From Hormoscilla sp. (GTDB lineage: Bacteria; Cyanobacteriota; Cyanobacteriia; Cyanobacteriales; Desertifilaceae), in the NCBI GenBank assembly GCA_051439505.1, contig JBFRWI010000135.1, forward strand, positions 1 to 64,000: DNA of 64,000 nucleotides, in the 5' to 3' direction. Made by a program: the position numbers and the translations under genes. The notes beneath the pieces were generated by a model. It saw only the letters and a program-made list of their open reading frames with translations. It was not told where the DNA came from and made no database searches. Below are positions 32,709 to 41,593 of the stretch, piece after piece. Position 1 is the first letter of the stretch. Each line of letters opens with the position of its first letter.

Positions 32709-33575
32709 CTAAAAACCGCTAATCACGCCAATTGTATGGGGTATTTTTCGATCGGGCTCGTCACTAGAGTTAACATATTCTCTCCCCTGCACGATCGCCT
32801 GCGTGGAACCCCCGCCATCCAGCATCATCACTGCCGAGGATCCAAATTCTCTTAATACTTCAGCAGCATGAGATTGACTGGCCCTGCTAGAAGTGAAAAT
32901 CAAAACTGTTTCATTTGTACCATTTTTGTCTCCGTCTTTTACCCCAATAAAAGTTCTTCCTACCTGGCGATCGAATCCCTTATCAGCATCTTCTGCCAAA
33001 CCCACTATCATATTCGGGACTGAAGAGAACAGCGGATTTTCGGGATAATCATTCTCAGGGAATGGGACTAGATTAGCATAATTTTTACTCACTGTCAACA
33101 TCATTTTTGCTCCCGCAAATTCAGAGTCTCCTGCATACCCCCCACTATAGATAATTCCGTCAGCTTTTACCGGAAAAGCTAACTGCTGAGAACGGACACT
33201 GAAAAACTGACCATTTGTTACTGAAAATGCTCTCTTGCCATGCGATCGCACGAAATCATCCCAGTGAGTTTGAATGCTTTGAAACTCTATGATAGCACTA
33301 ATATTGGTGCCGTAAGCGCCTTGAGTATCGAAACCCGTGACATGTCTGTTATCAAATAAATATATACAAGCACCGGCATCTAGATCGACAGCTTGCACGT
33401 AATCTCGTTTATCTATATGCTGATATAAATTCACACCTGGTGCGGTTTTAATCGCAGTAAAACCCGGGGGAATGTCATTGGAGACAGATATATCCTTTGC
33501 CAATAGTTGCGAAGCTGCCACTGGCAAATAGAAATGATATATTAAAGTGAATGTTGTGATTAAATATAGAAACAT
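32709..33575 (-). CDS. Phosphodiester glycosidase (NAGPA-like) family secreted protein
   Basis: NGQFF, GRTFIGV, AVMMLDGGGSTQ motifs. Confidence 0.85.
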   Translation of the reverse strand: MFLYLITTFTLIYHFYLPVAASQLLAKDISVSNDIPPGFTAIKTAPGVNLYQHIDKRDYVQAVDLDAGACIYLFDNRHVTGFDTQGAYGTNISAIIEFQSIQTHWDDFVRSHGKRAFSVTNGQFFSVRSQQLAFPVKADGIIYSGGYAGDSEFAGAKMMLTVSKNYANLVPFPENDYPENPLFSSVPNMIVGLAEDADKGFDRQVGRTFIGVKDGDKNGTNETVLIFTSSRASQSHAAEVLREFGSSAVMMLDGGGSTQAIVQGREYVNSSDEPDRKIPHTIGVISGF

Positions 33576-33604
33576 AGGATTTCATCAAACTCCCTTAATT
33601 CATC

Positions 33605-33662
33605 GTTTGTAGTAAAGACTTTAGTCTTTACCTGCGCGTTTGTAGTAAAGACTTTAGTCTTT
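33605..33662. repeat. Two GTAG REP-like palindromes, same family as 5248-5424
   Basis: GTTTGTAGTAAAGACTTTAGTCTTT x2. Confidence 0.8.
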
Positions 33663-33704
33663 ACCTGCGCCAACGGTGCATCCTTCTGGCGTGCAAATAT
33701 ATCT

Positions 33705-33821
33705 GTAGGGGCGTAGCGCTACGCGCACTGCGTAAAAGCGCAGCGGCTGCGCAGCAGCTAGCATTTGGGCGACCAAATAAGTTATAAATTGATAAATGTA
33801 AAACCCAAATGCTTCGCCCAC
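33705..33821. repeat. GTAGGGGCG-type REP/REPIN element with nested palindromic insert
   Basis: GTAGGGGCG...GCATTTGGG...CCCAAATGCTTCGCCC inverted arms. Confidence 0.55.
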
Positions 33822-33885
33822 CGCGATCGTGAGATGCACCCCCAACCCCCAACAACATCTGGAGGGTTGGGTTTATGCCTCTAGG

Positions 33886-35700
33886 TTAAGACAAAGGCAG
33901 AAGTTCCCGCAAGATATTTTCATCTATTTTGGGCATATGCTTGAGCAGTTTTTGACGCATCGGTGCTTCTACAGCTTGCAAGATTGCCTCTGGCGAGTTA
34001 AGCTCTGACTTCAGTGTTAAACTGAGTTCGGGTAAACTACCCCCCTCCGGTTCCGTAACAAAACAATCAGCTGAAAGCAGCACCAACAGAGTCTTTTTCA
34101 CCGATTGTTCGCTGACTGGCGGTGCTATTCGCTGAGTTAATTTAGCAATTCCCTCTCCCAACTTTTCTCCAGTTAAAGGATTTTGGGCCAAACCTGCCAA
34201 TACCTGACTAAAGTCTGATGGCGATGGCAATCTGAATATGGGATATCCAGCGGAGAGAATTCGGCGGTACTTGCTCAAGGAATGAATATTACTGGCTACT
34301 GCAATTTGCTCGGAATTAGCCGACTCTTTAACTTCAGAAACTTCCACATTATGCACGATCAGTCTGGGTTCGGTGGGAGTTTTATCAATCACGCTAAATT
34401 CCGTTCCTTGGCAAATAAACTCCAAACAATGTTTCCATTTTTCAAATCCCAACTCTTTGGAGTTAACTTTGGGCAGTCTTTCATGAAAAACCTTCCAAAC
34501 TTCGCTGAGATACATTCCTTCGGTTTGCAGCTGACGACTGTACTCTGGATGCTGCTTCAGCCACTGCAAAGTTCCTCTGGCCTCAACCATGATTCGATCG
34601 CCTTTGTTCGGCTGTATAACCTTAACTCCTATCGTTTCGGGATCGGGAATAGCCACAAAAGCATCGCAGACCGCTTCTAGGAAGGAATTGGTGGATTTCT
34701 CATAGGCGCAGCCGATGACTGTTTTCCCATATTCATGCAGTTTATTGGCAACAGAAGCAAAGGCCCCATCCCCAGAAACAATGATAAATAATTGAATCGA
34801 GGGCTTGTTATGGACGAACTCTATGGCATCTATAGTCAGCTGAATATCAGCCGCATTCTTTTGAGAATGGACTCCAAAACCAAATACTTGAACTGGTTCT
34901 ATTCCTAAAGACAAAATTTCATTCTTAATCTGCTTTAACTGGGGAACACTCCAATTAGCATAGGCTCGTTGGATCGCCAGTTTGCCAAATTGATGTTTGT
35001 CTCGTATAGCTTCGACGATCTTTTCCAGAGATAATTTGGAGATGAAATTGGTGGTGAAGTTGTATCCCTTGGTCAGGTTTTCAACATCGTATAAGATGGC
35101 TGTATTGAATTCTTCCTCTGGTAGCAGAACGCCAGTCCCCTGTCCTCGGGGCTGAATGTCTCGAATAGTTTCGATCAGAGGGGTGAGGTCAAACTGGGGG
35201 TTCGCTATTTTTGAGGCTGTAACTTCCTCTGCCATTGTTTTGAGAGTCGCCTCAGTTGCTGCTAGCTGTTGTCTCAGCTGCACCACAGACCCAGATAGCG
35301 CCTCAAATTCTAGAATTTGTTGGCGTTCGTTTTTGGCCGCTATTAAAGCTGCCTCAGTTTTGCTAAACTCTTGGGGGTAAACTGCCTCGGTAAAAACCAG
35401 TAATGCGGCTTGATAGCCCGCGATCGCAATGGAGAGATTGCGTTCTTTACTGCCTTGAGGGAACAGCTGCATCAGTTCGCTAAACTTAAAAACAGTTTCT
35501 GCCAGGGTTTTCGCCGTGGCGGGCTTAACCTTTGTGAACTTCTCAGTTGCCCAAACTTGTAATATTTCTGCCAAGTCCTCTCCGGACTGGGCCAGTTTCT
35601 CTTGCAGCAGGGGGTAGACGACCTGTCGATCGCCCTTGCTCGTGTAGGTGGTTTTTAAGACTTCCAACAGGAAGGTCAACTGCTCTGTTGCTTTCATCAT
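33886..35700 (-). CDS. NYN (LabA/DUF88) domain protein with N-terminal helical domain, coiled coil and probable C-terminal HTH/LOTUS regions
   Basis: AILYDVENL, RAYANWS, KNAADIQLTIDA, IVSGDGAF, GKTVIG. Confidence 0.88.
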   Translation of the reverse strand: MMKATEQLTFLLEVLKTTYTSKGDRQVVYPLLQEKLAQSGEDLAEILQVWATEKFTKVKPATAKTLAETVFKFSELMQLFPQGSKERNLSIAIAGYQAALLVFTEAVYPQEFSKTEAALIAAKNERQQILEFEALSGSVVQLRQQLAATEATLKTMAEEVTASKIANPQFDLTPLIETIRDIQPRGQGTGVLLPEEEFNTAILYDVENLTKGYNFTTNFISKLSLEKIVEAIRDKHQFGKLAIQRAYANWSVPQLKQIKNEILSLGIEPVQVFGFGVHSQKNAADIQLTIDAIEFVHNKPSIQLFIIVSGDGAFASVANKLHEYGKTVIGCAYEKSTNSFLEAVCDAFVAIPDPETIGVKVIQPNKGDRIMVEARGTLQWLKQHPEYSRQLQTEGMYLSEVWKVFHERLPKVNSKELGFEKWKHCLEFICQGTEFSVIDKTPTEPRLIVHNVEVSEVKESANSEQIAVASNIHSLSKYRRILSAGYPIFRLPSPSDFSQVLAGLAQNPLTGEKLGEGIAKLTQRIAPPVSEQSVKKTLLVLLSADCFVTEPEGGSLPELSLTLKSELNSPEAILQAVEAPMRQKLLKHMPKIDENILRELLPLS

Positions 35701-35752
35701 AATCAAATCATACCATCTCTGATGAGGTGGCAATGTTATTTTTGTCCCTAAA

Positions 35753-36799
35753 TTATTTAAATTTTCGCGCCCAGCGAGTCAGACGCCAAATTCCCATAAA
35801 CATCATAGACGCTAGCATTGCCTCTAGATTCAATTTTACTGAATTTTGCAGCGGCTTTTGGAAATTTTCGATTGACGGGGCCCGACTGAGCGGGGAAGCT
35901 AGCTGTTCTGTGGGGTTTCCCGATCGCTCGATATTTTCGGTGTCCGTTGGTTGGGCAATTTTCCTAGGAGTAAGCGCCCCGCGATCTGCATATATCTCCC
36001 AGGTATGACCAACTCCTAAAACCAGCATCCACATATAGAACATCCCCAGCAACAGAGAAACCCAGGACAACAACCGCAACAGATGCATTTCTGCTTTTGC
36101 CACATAACCTCGCTGACGGGAAAATACCAATAGCAGCCCCAATAAAGGAATCCAAACATCTGATACGACGCGCCCGATCGTCTGCAAGTCCCACACCGGA
36201 TCTGTCCAGTCAAAGGGGATAAATATATTAACATATTCAATTACCGCAAACACCAAGAGAAAGTAGCCAGCGACAGACCATAAAGAATTGGAACGCGCCT
36301 CTACCTTTTCCGAGAGATACACCCCCTCACGAGGCCGCTTCTGGCTACTATAGCGCCAGCCTTCTGGGGTCGAGCGCGGCTGTTTCTGGTCGAGCAGCAT
36401 AATTTGTTGGCGTAGCTGTTTAGCTGTTGCCAAGGCTGCCTGAGTTTTGGTAAACTCCTTTGAGTAATTATGGTCGGTAAAAAACTGCAAAGCAGCTTGA
36501 TAGCCAGCAATAGCAATTGCCAAATTATTAACTTTGCTCCCTTGGGGAAACCGTTCAACCAGTTCGCTAAAATTCAACAAGGTTTCTGCCAGAGCTTTGG
36601 CTGTAGCTGGTTTGACTGTAGCAAACTGCTGCCTGGCCCAAGTAGATAATAGTTGAGCCAAGCTTTCGTCCAGTTGGGAGAGTTTTTCTTGCAGTAGCGG
36701 GTACATAACTTGAGTATCGGCCTTACTGGTGTAGGTTGTCTTCAAAACTTCCCGCAGGAATTGCAACTGCTCTTGAGGTGTTTTACTTGTCGGTGTCAT
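35753..36799 (-). CDS. HpsJ-like membrane protein fused to the same N-terminal helical domain as the NYN gene
   Basis: N-terminal ~125 aa near-identical in pattern to 33886-35700. C-terminal GYFLLVFAVIEYVNIFIP..TDPVWDLQTIGRVV...PLLGLLLVF resembles the HpsJ family. Confidence 0.75.
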   Translation of the reverse strand: MTPTSKTPQEQLQFLREVLKTTYTSKADTQVMYPLLQEKLSQLDESLAQLLSTWARQQFATVKPATAKALAETLLNFSELVERFPQGSKVNNLAIAIAGYQAALQFFTDHNYSKEFTKTQAALATAKQLRQQIMLLDQKQPRSTPEGWRYSSQKRPREGVYLSEKVEARSNSLWSVAGYFLLVFAVIEYVNIFIPFDWTDPVWDLQTIGRVVSDVWIPLLGLLLVFSRQRGYVAKAEMHLLRLLSWVSLLLGMFYMWMLVLGVGHTWEIYADRGALTPRKIAQPTDTENIERSGNPTEQLASPLSRAPSIENFQKPLQNSVKLNLEAMLASMMFMGIWRLTRWARKFK

Positions 36800-37040
36800 A
36801 TTATCTGCCTGGTATGCCTAATGTTCAATCTGGTAGAAATCGCGCTGGGAACGGCGATCGCTAACTTGGCCCGACTGCACCCAATCTCCCGAACGATATC
36901 GCACTGGTGTGAATTAAACGGGAGTAATACAAAATTATTATTATAATACGGAAGTTATAGGTTTGTCTCGCCCAGACAGATATTTTGCGATCATTGACTG
37001 GGGCGAGACAGATATTTTATTACCGATCGGGCTTGACTTC

Positions 37041-38786
37041 ATGACTAAAAATAAAAAAACGCCTCTGGTACTGGCTGTGGTTGTCGCTACCTTGCTAATT
37101 GCTGGCGGTGCGGCTACCTACTGGTTCCTGAGTCAAAAGCGTCAACAGGAAGTGATCTTAGAGATGCCGGTGGGGGTGGAGGTGGTCCCCCAAGACGTGC
37201 TGATGAGTATCTCCATGAGCACGGATGAGGAGCAGTGGCACCAAATGAGGCAGTTTGGCACCCCCGAAACCCAAGCGGCCTTTGACCAGCGCCTGGCGGA
37301 ACTGCGCGATCGCTTGCTGACAGCCAATGGCTACGACTATAGCAAAGACATCCAACCTTGGGTGGGTCCGGAGGTAACAGTTGCCTTTTTATCGCCAAAT
37401 CAGTTATCTTCAAACAGTAGCAGGATAGGGATGGCCACCGAGAAAAACTCTCTGGTCCTGGTAGTGCCGGTTGCCAAGCCTTTGCTAGCCAAGCAATTGC
37501 TAGACCAGCAAGGGTTCCAGGCCGACTGGGTCGAGCGCACCTACAAGGGCATCGAGATCAAAGAAAGCAAAAAAACTGCCTCAGAGCAAGAGCAATACTC
37601 AACTGCGGTACTATCGACAAGTTACCTGGTAGTGACGAACAATCCCCAAGCGACAAATCTCCTCATCGATACCTACCAGCAGGGTAATCCTTCTTTAGCG
37701 TCAACTCCGGGCTACAGGGAAGCTAATGGCCAAATTCAAAATCCCGCGCCCTTCGCTAGGATCTATGTCAACCTGCCTAAAGCAGCCGCGATCGCCTCGG
37801 CAAATGCCGCCCAACCCATTCCCAAGGAGAAGCTAGCTGAGGTGCAGCAAAATCAGGGACTCGCGGCAACGGCGATCGTCATGCCAAATGGCATCCTATT
37901 TAAGGGGATTTCCTGGCTGCATCCGGAAAGTGAAAAGCGGCATGTGGTGGAAAATAATGCCCAGATCATGCCACAGCTCTTGCCCGCAGATACCATGCTC
38001 GCGATCTCTGGGGGCAATTTGGCGCGGTTGTGGCAGGAGTATACTCGTGAGGCGGAGGCTAATCCCATTGAGATTATTGATGCCGAGTGGGTGCGTCGGG
38101 CCCTCGCCCAGACTACTGGTTTAGACTTAGAAGCAGATTTACTCAACTGGATGGAGTCGGAGTTCTCTATTGCGATGATTCCAGCAATTTCCGATACCGA
38201 TAGCACTGTTCCCTTTGCCTTGTCCTTGATGGTGCAAGCGACCGATCGCCGGGCGGCTACCAAAACCCTCAAGGAACTGGATGAAATTATGCAAGAAAAA
38301 TATAAATTCCAGGTCGAAGAGGGTCAAATTACCGATAAGTCGGGGGCCGATCGGGATGTCATCACCTGGACGCCGAACTTTGGTTTGCTGGATATCACGC
38401 GCGGTTGGTTAGACGATAACATCGCTTTTTTGACCGTGGGTGCCCCAGTTGCTGAGGCAATTATTCCCCGATCGCAAACCGAAGCAGATTCTTCCCAACA
38501 ACCCAGTTTGGCTACTAGCGAATTATTTAGGGAAACGGTGCCCTTGGAACTACAACCGAACAACGGACATTTTTTTATTGATGTCGATCGCGTCTTCGAT
38601 CCTAACATTTTATCTTTTCTGATCGTCCCTCCCAAGCAACAAGCGATGTTAAATGCCATTCGTTCCCTGGGCGTTACGGCTGCGGTTACCAGTTCTCGGA
38701 CAATCCGCTACGATATTTTTGTCGGTCTCAAGCAGGGGAACTCTCCAGGAGTCTTACCCAGTCCCCCTCCCACCCCGTCTCCCTAA
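37041..38786 (+). CDS. DUF3352 domain protein
   Basis: N-terminal anchor; DYSKDIQPWVGPEVTVA, GLDLEADLLNWMESEFS, NNGHFFID. Confidence 0.88.
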   Translation: MTKNKKTPLVLAVVVATLLIAGGAATYWFLSQKRQQEVILEMPVGVEVVPQDVLMSISMSTDEEQWHQMRQFGTPETQAAFDQRLAELRDRLLTANGYDYSKDIQPWVGPEVTVAFLSPNQLSSNSSRIGMATEKNSLVLVVPVAKPLLAKQLLDQQGFQADWVERTYKGIEIKESKKTASEQEQYSTAVLSTSYLVVTNNPQATNLLIDTYQQGNPSLASTPGYREANGQIQNPAPFARIYVNLPKAAAIASANAAQPIPKEKLAEVQQNQGLAATAIVMPNGILFKGISWLHPESEKRHVVENNAQIMPQLLPADTMLAISGGNLARLWQEYTREAEANPIEIIDAEWVRRALAQTTGLDLEADLLNWMESEFSIAMIPAISDTDSTVPFALSLMVQATDRRAATKTLKELDEIMQEKYKFQVEEGQITDKSGADRDVITWTPNFGLLDITRGWLDDNIAFLTVGAPVAEAIIPRSQTEADSSQQPSLATSELFRETVPLELQPNNGHFFIDVDRVFDPNILSFLIVPPKQQAMLNAIRSLGVTAAVTSSRTIRYDIFVGLKQGNSPGVLPSPPPTPSP

Positions 38787-38860
38787 TTGGGAAGTATTGA
38801 CAGATAGCAGATCGTAAGCTACGATCGATAGCAGTGAAAACAACAAGAGGAGAACAATCT

Positions 38861-39913
38861 ATGGATCTGGTAACACTCCAGAGCTGGCTAGACAACATTG
38901 CCTTCGCTGTCCTGTTCGCAACCATGCTGATTTATTGGGCCGGGACGGCTTTTCGGGAAGTCCCCTTCCTGGGATCTTTGGGGACGGCGGGCATGGCGAT
39001 CGCGAATCTCTGCATGGCGGCCTTGCTTGCTTCCCGCTGGATCGAAGGGGGATATTTTCCTTTGAGCAATCTTTACGAATCATTATTCTTCATCGCCTGG
39101 GGAGTAACGGCGGTTCATTTAATAGCCGAAAATATGAGTGGTTCTCGCCTAGTGGGGGCAGCAACGGCACCAGTCGCCATGGGTATTACGGCTTTTGCCG
39201 CCCTATCTTTACCCCCAGAAATGCAGTTTTCTGAACCTTTAGTACCCGCCCTCAAATCCAATTGGTTGATGATGCATGTCAGCGTCATGCTACTCAGCTA
39301 CGCCTGCTTGATGGTCGGTGCGACGATCGCGATCGCCTTTTTAATCGTGACCCGGGGCCAGAAAGTCGAACTCCGAGGCAGTTCTTTTGGGAATGGGGGC
39401 TTCCGCAGTTCTAACAACCCCTTGCGCCAAGGGGCAGAATTGGTAACTCACCCAGAAGTTACGCAAGAACTGCTGCAACCTATGACTCTATCCGCTGAAA
39501 ACAATGGTGGTGGGAATACGGCAGTTCTGGATGTAGTCACGACCAAAACATTACCCAAAACGGAAATAGCGGCACCTCTTTCACCCCAGCGTCTGAGTCT
39601 AGCGGAAACTTTAGATAACATCAGCTATCGGATCATTGGTTTGGGCTTTCCGCTATTAACAATTGGCATCATAGCGGGTGCGGTGTGGGCCAATGAAGCC
39701 TGGGGTACCTATTGGAGTTGGGATCCGAAAGAAACTTGGGCGCTAATCACTTGGTTGGTATTTGCAGCATATCTGCACGCACGCATTACCCGGGGTTGGC
39801 AAGGACGGCGTCCGGCAATTTTAGCAGCCACTGGCTTTATAGTCGTCTGGGTTTGCTATTTGGGTGTGAACTTTTTAGGTAAGGGTTTACATTCTTACGG
39901 TTGGTTCTTCTAG
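38861..39913 (+). CDS. ccsB: Cytochrome c biogenesis protein (CcsA/Ycf5; system II heme lyase, also annotated CcsB)
   Basis: [42 protein letters not shown]. Confidence 0.96.
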   Translation: MDLVTLQSWLDNIAFAVLFATMLIYWAGTAFREVPFLGSLGTAGMAIANLCMAALLASRWIEGGYFPLSNLYESLFFIAWGVTAVHLIAENMSGSRLVGAATAPVAMGITAFAALSLPPEMQFSEPLVPALKSNWLMMHVSVMLLSYACLMVGATIAIAFLIVTRGQKVELRGSSFGNGGFRSSNNPLRQGAELVTHPEVTQELLQPMTLSAENNGGGNTAVLDVVTTKTLPKTEIAAPLSPQRLSLAETLDNISYRIIGLGFPLLTIGIIAGAVWANEAWGTYWSWDPKETWALITWLVFAAYLHARITRGWQGRRPAILAATGFIVVWVCYLGVNFLGKGLHSYGWFF

Positions 39914-39947
39914 ACTGTGAGTTGTGGCGGGTACACTGCATCTTTGC

Positions 39948-40150
39948 ATCGCCCGAACCCTAAAGGGTCCGGCTACACTCACAAAGCCCGCCTGCGCGGG
40001 CTAAATTATGTGAGTTGTAGCAAGAAACCGGGTTTCTGCGATATCTCAGATTCTTTACCCAAGGTGGAAATCAGAAACCCGGTTTCTGGTCCCGTGAGTT
40101 GTAGCAAGAAACCGGGTTTGTGCGGGATCTCAGAGTCTTTACCCAAGGTC
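39948..40150. repeat. Repeat cluster: double-hairpin repeat plus two ~55-bp units with AGAAACCGGGTTTCT palindromes
   Basis: GTGAGTTGTAGCAAGAAACCGGGTTT...ATCTCAGA.TCTTTACCCAAGGT occurs twice, with an inverted AGAAACCCGGTTTCT between the copies. Confidence 0.75.
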
Positions 40151-40252
40151 GAACAGCGCGGCTCATTTGTAGTTGATATCCTTTGTTAACCTTTGGCAAG
40201 GATGTATTTGCGAAGATAGAGAAGTTGATGTCATTCGGAGGAGTTGGATAAG

Positions 40253-40726
40253 ATGACTGAAAATCGAATTAGTGCCAGTTTAACGCCTGAAGATAAACTG
40301 GCAGTTCTCGCCGCGATCGCTACGATCAAGGAAAAGTTACCATTTTTGCAGGGGTTGAGTCCCGAGGAAAGTAAATCTTTACCGCGTTTCGGGGATAAAA
40401 GTCGGGGGTTTGTGACCAAGGCGTTGGAAGTGGCGACCCAAAACCCAGATTTTTTGCCTCGGTCTTTTGACATTGAGGAGATGCGCAAAGATGTGGAGTT
40501 GTTCGAGGCCCTTTATCCTATTACTTTGGCCTTGAGTCAACTCCAAGAACTTCTGGACGATACAGCGGCCTTGGCAGGAAGCGAGGCTTATATGGCAGCT
40601 TTGGCGGTCTACAACTATGCCAAGGCCACCAAGGGAAATGCGGGGTTAGAAGCGGCGGTGGACGATATGGCCCGTCGGTTCGCCCGCAAGTCCGGCGGTG
40701 GGGCGTCACAACAGCCTGAGTCTTAG
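40253..40726 (+). CDS. Conserved alpha-helical hypothetical protein
   Basis: AIATIKEKLPFLQGLSPEE...GDKSRGFVTKA...PDFLP...LDDT...GSEAYMAALAVYNYAK; GGAGGAG RBS. Confidence 0.88.
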   Translation: MTENRISASLTPEDKLAVLAAIATIKEKLPFLQGLSPEESKSLPRFGDKSRGFVTKALEVATQNPDFLPRSFDIEEMRKDVELFEALYPITLALSQLQELLDDTAALAGSEAYMAALAVYNYAKATKGNAGLEAAVDDMARRFARKSGGGASQQPES

Positions 40727-40786
40727 TTCTGGGGAGGGTACTTTGACCTCAACCGGCACCTACTAGCTGCAAACCCGTGCCCCACT

Positions 40787-41017
40787 GTTGGGGTTTTGGA
40801 CCTCTCGGTTCGGGTTTTAAACCTCTCGGTCGGGGTTTAAAACCTCTCCGTTGGGGTTTAAAACCTCTCCGTTGGGGTTTAAAACCTCTCGGTTGGGGTT
40901 TTAAACCTCTCGGTTGGGGTTTTGGACCTCTCGGTCGGGGTTTAAAACCTCTCGGTCGGGGTTTTGGACCTCTCGGTCGGGGTTTTAAACCTCTCCGTTG
41001 GGGTTTTGGACCTCTCA
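40787..41017. repeat. Tandem array of 11 x 21-bp units
   Basis: Consensus GT(T/C)GGGGTTT(T/A)(GG/AA)ACCTCTC(G/C); no unique spacers. Confidence 0.95.
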
Positions 41018-41209
41018 AGAGGCCATTCGGGCCGTTTCATTCTTCCCGGTCACCCATGACGAAGGTTCAAGACAGTTTAGGCCATGAGGGCAGACCGGTG
41101 TTAAGAGAGACCATGGCCCGCTACCGGTCGGACAGGTCAAAATTAAGAAGGGTCAGCCCTTGTTGAAGGGTAATTGGATATCATAGTTAACAATATAAAC
41201 GGGAGAAAT

Positions 41210-41575
41210 ATGAGCAACGAAAATTCGATCGGGCTAGCGGATTTGATTCAACAAGTCAAGCAGGAATTGCTGATGCCTGCACCGGATGGCGAAACAGATA
41301 TCCCGATATTGGCGGTTGATGCTGTGGAACTGGAGTTACAGGTGCGGGTGAAAAAAGCCGCACAGGGGGGGATTAAAATCTATGTTTTGGAGATGGGTGC
41401 TGGTGGCAGTCGCGATGACGTGCAAAGTATTAAGGTGAAGTTGTCTCCCCTTTTGAATAAGCAACAGCTGTTGAAGATTTATCAAAAGCGCTATCCGGAA
41501 CGTTGGCCGGAATTGTTGGAGAAGGCGATAGAAGCGACGACGAAAGGATCGGATGGAACGGATCTGATAGAATAA
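41210..41575 (+). CDS. Trypco2 (trypsin-co-occurring domain 2) protein
   Basis: IGLADLIQQVKQEL...VDAVELELQV...GGIKIYVLEMGAGGSRDDVQSIKVKLSPL. Confidence 0.85.
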   Translation: MSNENSIGLADLIQQVKQELLMPAPDGETDIPILAVDAVELELQVRVKKAAQGGIKIYVLEMGAGGSRDDVQSIKVKLSPLLNKQQLLKIYQKRYPERWPELLEKAIEATTKGSDGTDLIE

Positions 41576-41593
41576 GAGTAAAGCAAGAGAGTT

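Noticed and set aside
40787..41017. CRISPR array
   Set aside because: Units are contiguous 21-mers without unique spacers, and there are no cas genes in the window.
40749..41166. ORFs 40749-41018 (-) and 40777-41166 (+) as real proteins
   Set aside because: They are translations of the tandem repeat, with weak starts and implausible composition.
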